This document shows positions 55,353 to 64,000 of a DNA stretch of 64,000 bases, piece by piece. The DNA comes from Synechococcales cyanobacterium CRU_2_2 (lineage in GTDB: Bacteria > Cyanobacteriota > Cyanobacteriia > PCC-9006 > JAAUQQ01). Position 1 is the first letter of the stretch. Every line of letters starts with the position of its first letter. Made by a program: the position numbers and the translations under genes. The notes below the pieces were generated by a model. The model had not been told where the DNA came from. It saw only the letters and a list, made by a program, of their open reading frames with translations, and ran no database searches. The stretch spans positions 38,843 to 102,842 of the forward strand of contig JAAUOP010000001.1 in NCBI GenBank assembly GCA_012034805.1. The letters run 5' to 3'.

Positions 55353-55467
55353 AAGCACCGGAATCGATTAGCATACAAAAGGTTCACCGATTCCTGTCTT
55401 GAACCCTGACCATCTTGAACCCTGACCATCTTGAACCATTCCAGTCTGCTTGAGAGCGCTACTAACC

Positions 55468-55653
55468 ATGTCATCTGAACAAGCCATTCGCGAAAAAGTT
55501 GCTCTGATTAAGGACAAGCGCGAGGTTCTTGTCCAACTTCTAGACCAGCCCAATCTGGGAACGTTGCGCATTGATGTCAACCAGGCCCTGGAGGAGGTGG
55601 ATGATTTGCTCGATGAGTTCGCCCAAACCTTTCCGGAGAGTACGGGCGGGTAA
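55468..55653 (+). CDS. Small cyanobacterial helical protein, 61 aa
   Basis: MSSEQAIREKV..LLDQPNLGTLRIDVNQALEEVDDLLDEFAQTFP. Confidence 0.7.
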   Translation: MSSEQAIREKVALIKDKREVLVQLLDQPNLGTLRIDVNQALEEVDDLLDEFAQTFPESTGG

Positions 55654-55674
55654 CGGGATTGAATCTTGCTTGAG

Positions 55675-58667
55675 CTACCGTGTTGCCCGCACAATTCGCA
55701 GCCCCTCCCAAGCTTGCAAACGCCCCGCCAAACGCTCATCCTTGAGCGCCAAAAACACATAGAACCGCAGCACATCTTCGGAATAGCCGAAGTATTGCTG
55801 CCGCCAGCGCTGGCAATCCTCTGGGATAATCGCATTGAGTTTGACTACTGGCCGTTTCTTGGCCAAGATTTTGTAGAACTCTGCCATTCTGCGCCAGAAC
55901 GCGCAGACCATGAGCACCTGGGGAGACGGTAGCAAGGGCTTCTTGTCATTAAGTTGATTTCGCAACTTAGGATTTCGATTGAGCGCGGCGATCGCTTTAT
56001 TCTCCACCTCCGGCCCCCATTCATCTGCAAGCCGCAGAATCAGGTCACGGTCGCGACTGAGCTCCATTGCCTCCCGCCCGGTTAGGTCTAGGCCCTTGAG
56101 GTTGCGTAGGGCTAGGTCGCGATCGCGACTCCGCAGCGGATCCTCCAAAACATCCAGCGCCAGTGGCAAAACGTCGTCCACCAGATCATAAATTTGCAAA
56201 TTATTAAACGTCAGGGCATGCTTTAAAATCGGGTCAAAGATAAACCCCGTATCCCGTACAATTTGTTCGATCAGTTGGGCGGCCAGCGGAGAATGCCGCG
56301 CAGTCCGACCCGGCAGGCTAAATCGAGCCGCCTCTGAGCGCCCCTCTCCTTGGTCCGCTTCAGGCCCAAACTCCTCGGGGAAGCGAACCCCTGGTGGCTG
56401 CTCGACTCTCAATTCAGGAGGTAACCCCATCGATAGACCGATGGAATTGTCATACCAACTACTGAGCATCGCGATCGGCATCATCCGACTCGTCCCAGGA
56501 AGAGACGGATCAACGGGATGCTCGCGCAACTCCTTGGCCGAAGCCAGACGAATCTTGACCGGCCCAGAAAAAACCGTAACTCCTGCTTCCAGATATACTG
56601 AGCCCAAGCTGTTAACGCGCTGGGTGAGCCAATCGCAAAACGCCTGGGCATCGAAGGCCCGTAGACCCACCACTGCTGCCTTGGCACAACCATGGGGAAA
56701 GCGGCGATCGCCCCAATGATCCGGCTGACGAAATAAGCCCTCCGGTGCTGCCCGCTCGGCCATTTCGTCCAAAAACAATTGGTACTCAGCACAGGAGATA
56801 TAGCTCAGATCGATATCGGTTTTCTCATCTAGGCGCAACAGCCGCTTCAGCCGCCGATCGAGCTTCACCTCTGCAGCCAACTTAAAAATTTCCGGCTTTG
56901 ATGATTCGAGACCGGCTCCCAGACGACCCTCCAGATCATTGCGCACATCTTGGCTGACGCTTTGGGCCTCTTCCAGGCAGTCATAAGCCACCGACAACGA
57001 CTTGACCGTGTTTTTTCCAGGGCAGTCCAAATCAAATTGCTGGCATCATTCTGGGCCGCATACAGGCGAATGGTCTCCTCCCACCACGGATCGTCAATAT
57101 TGCGCGTCAGTTCGTACTCACGGTTGATCGCCTTAATCTGGACAGCCGCGAGGTACTCTTGCAGGCTCTTGTGAGCAAATTCGTAGACCTCTGGATGACG
57201 CTCAACCAACAGACCACTACTGCTTTCAACCTGCCGGATAAACTCCACCGCCGACAGTTCACCTTTCGTCACTTCCGCCAGTTGTTTCTCGATCAACACC
57301 TTGCCCGCAAACAAGCCAAAGGTGCGAGTGCGCCGCTTCATCAGCTTCAGGGCAAGGCTTTGGAGCACCTTTTTCTTTTGCTCAGCGGTCAGGAGATCGG
57401 GAATCCCCTTAATGTCTTGACGACGCCCTAGGAGCACATCACAAATTTCGCCGTACAGCTCCACCCGTTTGCCAGGAAGTGCGCCGCGATAGGCATGCAC
57501 CGTGGCAATCATCGTGAGCAACAGTGGATTGAGCGCCATCGCCGCAAGGGAGGCGTTCTTTTGAATGCGGCGCGTGAGGTCTTCGGCTTGGGTGTGGGCC
57601 GTTTGCTTCACGCCTGTATCGGCCTTCCCGAGGTGCCGGACAATTTCGGTTTGCAGATACCAACTGCGGATAAACTGCTGCATCTGCTCCAAATTAAAGG
57701 GCTTGATTTCGAGAGTCGTGGTTGCGCCTTCGAGCGGTGCATCGCGATAACCAAAGGGGCGAGAGGTAATGATGAAGGGACTTTCGCGGTGAAGTCGCAT
57801 TTGTTGGGTGACCCACTCGCTGACTTTGCGGCGCTGTTTGAGGTCAGAAACTTCGTCTAGGCCATCCACCATGATCAGACATTTTCCCTGGCTCAACTTG
57901 TCCTCAAACCAGTTCGCAGGGGCTGTAATGCCGTCAATTTTCAGCTGTTGATCAATCAACATTTGTAGGGACACGGGCTGATCGCCGGTGATTAAATCGC
58001 GCACCTCCCGCAAATAAATGAGCACCGGGATATAGCTGCTCAGGCCTCGATGGTGGCGCTTGTGGCTGCCCTTGGCAAAGACAAGGGCGACGTATTCGAG
58101 CAGCGTGGTTTTGCCCGAGCCAGGGGAGCCAAGGATCACGAGGCGATCGAACGCAGGTTGGGTTTTGAAGGCAGCCAGAAATTGCCAGATGCTCCAGCCG
58201 CCACCAGCATCGGGGCGATCGACTAACTGGGTGGACATTTGGCTGAGGCTCTCGGCCCGTAGGCGCAGCGGCACAAACAGTTTTTCGAGGTCGAGGGCAA
58301 AGGGGCCTCGGGTCTTGAGGCCTTGGGTGCGATAGTCGCGATAGCGATAGATCAAACAGGCATTGTACTGGGCGCGAAAGTTGCCGGAGACCACCCACCA
58401 GGCCCGTTGGCCAAAAATTTTGGCATGGTCAAAGAGCCAATCGGCGAGGGTCTCGGCTTCTTGATCAAAACGGGTGCCGAGGCGCTCCCACAAGCGTGCC
58501 CCAAACCGACGTCCCAAGGTGATAAAGGCGACTCCAACAGTAGTTAATCCCGAGGCCAGGGCCGGGGCCATTTGTCCCGCAATCAAAAAATGCAAGGTCA
58601 CGCCTGCGCCAGAGGCGGGGAGCCCCAGGTTGACAAGCGCGGTAACGGATTTTTTGAAGAGGTCCAT
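55675..58667 (-). CDS. NACHT (STAND) NTPase with N-terminal hydrophobic helices and a degenerate FGE/SUMF1-like C-terminal region (apparent frameshift in A-run 57011-57016)
   Basis: Walker A GSPGSGKTT, Walker B IMVDGLDEV, ITSRP, NPLLLTMI, FAHKSLQEYLAA, WWEETIRL. One extra A joins to AYDCLEE..ISCAEYQLFLDE..QPDHW..DAQAFCDWL. Confidence 0.88.
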
Positions 58668-58754
58668 GGGCAGCTACAAGCCAGAGCACAGGTTTATCGT
58701 GGAAATTGCCTAGTCTTAACCAAATCATGGCAAATGAAAACCAAAAATGGCTGC

Positions 58755-59975
58755 CTACCCCTGGAAAAACCGCTCAACACAGCGGGCAAAGATTTCGACA
58801 CCCATGCCTAGGGCCATTTCATCAAAGTCGAAGCGGGGATGGTGATGGGGAAATGACAGTCCTTTGTTCAAATTGGCAGAGCCGAGGAAAAAATAGCACC
58901 CCGGCACTGCCTGTAAAAAGAACGACATGTCCTCACCGCCCATGGTCTGGCAATCGGGTACGACGCCCGCTGGGGTTTCGAGCACCGTTTCGGCCACTGA
59001 TCGCACCAACGCTGTTATCCGGGTGTCGTTGATCACAGGGGGGTAGAGTTTCCAGTAGTTCAAGCTATAAGACGCGCCTTGCATCTCGCAGGTGCCCCGG
59101 ATGATCGATTCGATGCGATCGCGCAACAGCCCGTCATACTTCGGGCTAAAATACCGCACGGTTCCCGTTAGCGTTGCCTGGTTGGCAATCACATTGTGGG
59201 CGCTGCCTGCGTGGAACGACCCCACCGTGACCACGGCGGACTCAATCGGATCGACATTGCGCGCCACAATCGTCTGCAAGGCCGTGACAATCTGGGAGCC
59301 GACGACAATCGAATCCACCGTTTGGTGGGGCATCGCGCCGTGCCCGCCCTTGCCCTGCACTACGCACTCGAACAGCTCCACCGCCGCCATTAGGGCTCCG
59401 GTGCGGACGCCGACCGTACCCAGGGGCAAGTTATTCCACAGGTGTAAACCGATGATCGCATCGACATCTGGATCCTTGAGCACCCCGGCTTCGATCATTG
59501 GCTTGGCTCCGCCGGGGCCTTCTTCCGCAGGCTGAAAAATGATTTTGACGGTGCCGCCAAAATGGGGGTGTTGGCTGAGATAGTGGGCGAGGCCGAGGGC
59601 GATCGCTGTGTGGCCATCATGACCGCAGGCGTGCATTTTGCCGTCGTGGCGCGATCGATAGGCAACCTGATTTTGCTCCTGCACGGGCAGCGCATCCATA
59701 TCGGCGCGGATTCCAAGGACGGCGGGGTTCATTGGCCCCAGCCGGGGAGTCTTGCCCTCAATCAAGGCCACAATCCCGGTTTGGGCCACGCCGCTTTGGT
59801 GAGGAATGCCCCATTTAGTCAGTTTTTGGGTAATAAAATCGGCGGTCTGGGTCTCTTGGAAACCCAGTTCTGGGTACTGGTGCAAATGGCGTCGCCATTC
59901 GACAATATCGCCATGGATGGCCTGAATCGCGGGACGGATTCGGGAAGTCTGTAGAGAAAGGGGTGCCGAAACCAT
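58755..59975 (-). CDS. M20 family amidohydrolase (N-acyl-L-amino acid amidohydrolase)
   Basis: WRRHLHQYPELGFQE, RADMDALP, MHACGHDGH, FQPAEEG, GGEDMSF, PHHHPRFDFDE. Confidence 0.94.
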   Translation of the reverse strand: MVSAPLSLQTSRIRPAIQAIHGDIVEWRRHLHQYPELGFQETQTADFITQKLTKWGIPHQSGVAQTGIVALIEGKTPRLGPMNPAVLGIRADMDALPVQEQNQVAYRSRHDGKMHACGHDGHTAIALGLAHYLSQHPHFGGTVKIIFQPAEEGPGGAKPMIEAGVLKDPDVDAIIGLHLWNNLPLGTVGVRTGALMAAVELFECVVQGKGGHGAMPHQTVDSIVVGSQIVTALQTIVARNVDPIESAVVTVGSFHAGSAHNVIANQATLTGTVRYFSPKYDGLLRDRIESIIRGTCEMQGASYSLNYWKLYPPVINDTRITALVRSVAETVLETPAGVVPDCQTMGGEDMSFFLQAVPGCYFFLGSANLNKGLSFPHHHPRFDFDEMALGMGVEIFARCVERFFQG

Positions 59976-60253
59976 GCCTGAAAGCCCCAAGTCTGGATGT
60001 GAAAGGTGTGAGTATTGAAGGTGTAGGAGTGAAAGATGATAGAGGGAGAACGTCTAAGCAGAATTGCCATTGTAATGTAGCAGTTTTGGCTACGGCCTTG
60101 CCTGTTCTGGCTATCTCGGGCTGGGTCCTCGAGCGTGACCTACCCCATGGCCCATCCCGCTGCCGCCCGTCGATCCCAAAAGATGCACTCTCCCCTTGGG
60201 CAGCGCTAGACTGGGTGAGGTATTTATTTTCTTTCCTCCAATCTCATTAGGCT

Positions 60254-62448
60254 ATGAAACGTTCTTGGCGACGCAGTGGGCCGCAAGGCCAAAGGACTCA
60301 GCAATCGGAGCGTGACGGGATGCGTCGTATCAAGTCAGTGGCTATCCACGCCCAGATCCAAGGAAGTACCCAGGGAAAGATGATTCGATCTAAGGCCTCA
60401 GTATTAGGAGCCGCGCTGGGGTGGATGATTTTGCAGGGGTTGAGTGGTGCGGCGATCGCCCAAACCCTTGAGGGCAAGACCCCCGATCCAACACAACAGG
60501 TTGCGCCCCAACTGGAAGCGGCTCAAACGCCGCCGGTTAACCCAACCACCCCCGCCCAAGCCCCAGTCACGCCCAGCGGCACCGAGCCCAGCGCGGAACC
60601 CAGCGCTGCTCCTGCGGCTAGGGACAAGACCATCCCCAAGGCAACCCAAGCTGCGGCAGAGAGCGGCATCAGTTATAGCCAACTGCTCCAAGACATTGAC
60701 GCCAAACGGGTCAAATCTGTCAAATACGACCCCGTTCAAGACTTGGCTCAGGTGGTCTATCGGAATAAGCCCAGCCAGTCGGTTACCGTAGCGCTGCCCA
60801 ATGGCGTTAGCGAACTCTACAATGCCGATCGCATCCAATCCTCCGGCGTTGAATTCGACATTGCTCCGACCGACGACAACAGCGACAAGCTCGTTCTGCT
60901 GGCGAATTTGCTACTATTTTTGATTCTGATCGTCGCAGTGATGATGATTATTCGACGTTCAGCCGGGGCTGCCAACCAGGCCATGAGCTTCGGGAAATCC
61001 AAGGCTCGCTTTCAAATGGAAGCCAAGACCGGTGTGATGTTTGATGACGTGGCGGGCGTCGAGGAAGCCAAGGAAGAATTGGCCGAGGTGGTGTCGTTTC
61101 TCAAGCTGCCCGAGAAGTTCACGGCCATTGGAGCCAAGATTCCCAAGGGTATGTTGCTGGTAGGGCCACCGGGAACAGGCAAGACGCTGCTGGCAAAAGC
61201 GATCGCCGGTGAGGCCGGTGTCCCCTTTTTCAGCATTTCGGGTTCAGAATTTGTCGAAATGTTCGTAGGCGTCGGTGCTTCCCGTGTCCGTGATCTGTTC
61301 AAAAAGGCCAAGGAAAATCGCCCCTGTCTCATCTTCATTGACGAAATCGACGCTGTGGGACGCCAGCGCGGCACCGGCATCGGTGGCGGCAATGACGAGC
61401 GTGAACAAACCCTCAACCAGCTCCTGACGGAGATGGACGGCTTCGAGGACAACGCAGGCATTATCATCATCGCGGCGACCAACCGACCGGATGTGCTCGA
61501 CTCGGCACTACTGCGGCCAGGACGCTTCGATCGCCAAGTCGTGGTTGATTTGCCCAGTCGCGAAGGCCGCCTCGGCATCCTCAAAGTCCATGCTCGCACC
61601 AAAAAGCTAGCCGACGACATTTCCCTCGAAACCATCGCCCGCACGACTCCCGGTTTTTCCGGTGCGGATTTGGCCAACTTGCTGAATGAAGCTGCGATTC
61701 TGACAGCCCGGCGGCGCAAGGAGGCCATCACGATGCTAGAGGTGAGTGATGCCATCGACCGGCTCACCATTGGCCTGACCCTAACACCGCTGCTAGATGG
61801 CAACAAAAGCGCCTCCTGGCCTACCACGAGGTCGGCCACGCCTTACTCATGACCGTACTCAAGCACACAGATCCCCTCGACAAGGTGACGATTATTCCAC
61901 GTTCCGGGGGCATTGGTGGGTTTGCCAAGCCCATTCCCAATGACGAGGGTCTCCAAACCCGTGCTTGGTTCCTCGACAACTTGATTATGTACATGGGCGG
62001 TCGAGCAGCCGAGCGGGTGGTCTTTGGCAGTGACGAGATTACCCAAGGAGCCCAGGGAGACATCAAAGCTGTGACCGACATGGCTCGCAAAATGGTGACG
62101 CTCTATGGCATGTCAGCCCTGGGGCCGGTGGCTCTCGAGGGCAGTGGCGGTGAGGTCTTTGTGGGGGGTGGTCTGATGAGTTCTCGGCCCAACTATTCCG
62201 AAGAGAGTGCGGTGCAGATCGATCGCCAGGTGCGGGCCTATGCCATGCAGGGCTACGAAAAGGCCTGCGCTATCTTGGGCGAGCATCGGGAGCTGATGGA
62301 TCGGCTGGTGGATGCGCTGGTGGAGCAGGAGGTGATGGAGGGTGAAGACTTCCGGCAAATTGTGGCGGAATATACCGTAGTCCCTGAAAAAGAAGGGGTG
62401 ACGGAGCGACAAGGGGCAGGGGCGATCGCAATCCAATCTCCCTCATAA
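60254..62448 (+). CDS. ftsH: ATP-dependent zinc metalloprotease FtsH (apparent frameshift in A-run 61805-61808; start uncertain)
   Basis: [39 protein letters not shown]; one extra A gives [14 protein letters not shown] (HExxH). Confidence 0.95.
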
Positions 62449-62530
62449 CCCAATCTTGATTCGGAAGCCGGAATAAACTGAGCTGAAGAACGAGAATTAA
62501 ATCGGACGGTAGTCATCACGTAGAAACTGC

Positions 62531-62577
62531 TGTTCGTCCGGCGAAGCTTAGAGTCATAGCCCACCGCCGGACGAACA
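62531..62577. terminator. Inverted repeat between convergent ftsH and cpcD
   Basis: TGTTCGTCCGGCG ... CGCCGGACGAACA (13-bp arms). Confidence 0.55.
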
Positions 62578-62671
62578 CAGCTTACCTCTACGGGATGCGC
62601 GCCTTCAAACCAACCGGTCTAAGGTCGCGAGTCTAAGGTCATGAGTCTAAGGTCGCGATCGCAATCAAACA

Positions 62672-62950
62672 CTAATCGCCCGCAGATGCTTCCTCAGCAT
62701 TTGCGGGCAATTCCTGGCCCGCGCTCGTTGCTTGGATACCCACGATTTTGCCGCCCAGACGAGTAATGCGACGCATTTCCTCATTCATGCGGTTGTAAGG
62801 CACTGAAATTAAAACAGTGCCGCTGGCCCGAATCGCGTGGTCAGACTGATCAGACTGATCGGTTTGCCGGAGTCCTTCAACCTCATAGAGAAACAAACGA
62901 TGATTTGAGGCAGAAGATGAGGCTTGGGTCAAGGCAGATTGTCCTAGCAT
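62672..62950 (-). CDS. cpcD: Phycobilisome rod-capping linker
   Basis: MLGQS..RLFLYEVEGL..IRASG..VPYNRMNEEMRRITRLGGKIV. Confidence 0.93.
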   Translation of the reverse strand: MLGQSALTQASSSASNHRLFLYEVEGLRQTDQSDQSDHAIRASGTVLISVPYNRMNEEMRRITRLGGKIVGIQATSAGQELPANAEEASAGD

Positions 62951-63042
62951 ATCGCTCCTGGCGGCTTGCGCCGACTAAGGTTTCTCTCAAGAATTCGGGC
63001 CTTTAAAAACTGGTTTTCCAGAATCTCAATGCCCGGAATGGG

Positions 63043-63912
63043 TCACTGCGCCAGGGTGACGCTGGCGACTTTTCCGCCCATGCGATTGACCTTTTGAAGG
63101 GTATTGGAAAGTTCCTCGTAGGGAACAATAAAGACCCGATTACTGCGGCGCACTTTGGGATAGCGAGGCAAGGAGAGTGCTGCGACTTCAACCCGGTAGA
63201 GATTTCGAGAAGCACCCGTGGAGGACTGACCAAATACCCGCTTGAGGGGAAGTTTTTGGCCAGAGGGCTGATAGGCAAAGCCCGCGCCCCCCCCCGAAGG
63301 TGCGACCACAGCGGAAGGACTGTTTTTGGCCAGATCGGCTGCCAAGTGGGATGAGGCTCCGGCGAGTTGGGCGCGATCGCTATTGGCATAGCCCCGATAA
63401 AGCTGGAACATGCGTGGAAATCCAACGGTTTTCTGGGAGGTTTGAGTCGAAAAACCGCGATAGTAAGGCACGATCGATTCGCCAAAGTTGGCGAGATATT
63501 CATCGGAATCGATGTAAGAATCAATATCCGCCTCGAAGCCTTGGGTTTGATAGCGATCGAGGTGATCAATCACCTCCGATTCGTCGTAGGGGGCACGCCC
63601 CAGCAAATGCTTGAGATTAAGCTCAATCACCCGCGTTTGAAAATGGGGATACAAAAACTTCCGCTTATACAATTCAGACTTAGCCAAAGCCCGGACAAAT
63701 TCACGTACGGTCAGCTGGCCATTACAGAGCAAAGATTCCAAGCTGACTAACCGCTCGGAGTTCATGATGTAATCGTTGCCCAGTACATGACGATAGGCCG
63801 CCTGAATGGCTGCCTTAGCCTCTTGCGCAGACCAGTCAGGCCGCAGCTCGACCGGGCTCGTGTCTGAAAACGCACTTGTTCCTAAACGGGATGCTCCAGT
63901 TGTGATTGCCAC
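63043..63912 (-). CDS. cpcC: Phycocyanin-associated rod linker (GTG start)
   Basis: [51 protein letters not shown]-terminal CpcD-like domain. Confidence 0.95.
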   Translation of the reverse strand: MAITTGASRLGTSAFSDTSPVELRPDWSAQEAKAAIQAAYRHVLGNDYIMNSERLVSLESLLCNGQLTVREFVRALAKSELYKRKFLYPHFQTRVIELNLKHLLGRAPYDESEVIDHLDRYQTQGFEADIDSYIDSDEYLANFGESIVPYYRGFSTQTSQKTVGFPRMFQLYRGYANSDRAQLAGASSHLAADLAKNSPSAVVAPSGGGAGFAYQPSGQKLPLKRVFGQSSTGASRNLYRVEVAALSLPRYPKVRRSNRVFIVPYEELSNTLQKVNRMGGKVASVTLAQ

Positions 63913-64000
63913 AGATCCTTCTCCTTATTGCGGTAAATAAACTATACAGGTAGGACGCTGAGCACCCGTGCTCCGCGCTGGTTGAGGCGTTGTAACGTTG

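Overview
64 kb of a cyanobacterial chromosome; the HIP1 octamer GCGATCGC is very frequent. Most of it is core photosynthesis and housekeeping: psaA-psaB, apcE-apcA-apcB-apcC, cpcC-cpcD, the F0F1 atp1-a-c-b'-b-delta-alpha-gamma operon, ndhD4, an HLIP, a ferredoxin, ccdA/ccs1, ftsW, ftsH, glnB, queF, miaB, moeB, mutY-NUDIX, thrC, cbiG-cobJ, cbiX, rpsU and rbp. About ten genes, including essential psaA and psaB, are split by single-base slips in homopolymers, which I read as sequencing/assembly errors rather than pseudogenes. The most notable accessory elements are: (1) an AT-richer locus with a NarL-type regulator, a CHASE2 sensor kinase, an unannotated 49-aa secreted peptide ending in TGSSSR, a 36-bp palindrome and a 56-aa membrane protein, a candidate peptide-signalling system; (2) a stand-alone RNase-toxin-like/immunity-like gene pair; (3) a membrane-anchored NACHT NTPase; (4) a putative sRNA between cobJ and thrC; (5) a >1000-aa lipoprotein with a PEVK-like tail carrying five FWxRF-like motifs; (6) a two-REP ApcE. 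No rRNA, tRNA, CRISPR array or transposase was recognised. Family assignments come from motif recognition, not database searches.
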